Assembly (NCBI GenBank): GCA_018267065.1
Contig: JAFDZG010000106.1
Location: 1 to 47,291 of the forward strand
Direction: 5' to 3'
From: Bacteroidota bacterium
GTDB lineage: Bacteria; Bacteroidota; Bacteroidia; Flavobacteriales_F; PHOS-HE28
DNA length: 47,291 bases
A program made the position numbers and the translations under genes. Under the pieces are notes generated by a model that saw only the letters and a list, made by a program, of their open reading frames with translations, had not been told where the DNA came from and searched no databases. How positions within the stretch are numbered: position 1 is the first letter of the stretch; each line of letters starts with the position of its first letter. Below, piece after piece: positions 45,547 to 47,291 of the stretch.

Positions 45547-47291
<1,745 letters not shown>

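Overview
A 47.3-kb chromosomal window of roughly 60-65% GC. Gene content and signals point to a high-GC member of Bacteroidota: two proteins with T9SS-type C-terminal sorting domains, several TAnnTTTG -7-like boxes, and Bacteroidota-style YebC and ECF-sigma N-termini. I support about 42 protein-coding genes. Housekeeping genes are queA, ispD, rlmN, a polyprenyl synthase, dnaG, purQ, purD, an acyl-CoA carboxyltransferase, yebC and lepA (partial at the right edge). Between them lie envelope and signalling genes: an AmpG-like MFS transporter, a CDF metal exporter, an LTD-CotH protein, a TPR histidine kinase with a LuxR regulator, an orphan NIT-like kinase, and an orphan kinase operon. I saw no rRNA, tRNA, CRISPR array, transposase, integrase or reverse transcriptase. 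Most long ORFs in the track are antisense or out-of-frame shadow ORFs typical of high-GC DNA, and many real genes start well inside the tracked ORF; starts were re-placed on internal ATG/GTG codons. The best candidate for an undescribed system is a three-gene envelope cluster at 28311-37778: a 566-aa beta-barrel OMP, a 2061-aa secreted giant and a five-repeat Fn3 protein, none with a T9SS sorting domain. Other points of interest are an ECF sigma / triple-repeat anti-sigma / TonB_C-like / OMP operon, and a small toxin-antitoxin island next to lepA (tandem VapB-like antitoxins with VapC, and DUF433 with a frameshifted DUF5615 gene) bounded by a duplicated terminator-like module. There is also a MITE-like nested inverted-repeat element at the stop codon of the carboxyltransferase gene, a perfect 24-bp inverted repeat in a GC-poor intergenic region, and a lower-GC lipoprotein / membrane protein / kinase operon. 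All functional calls rest on motif recognition by eye; no database search was possible.
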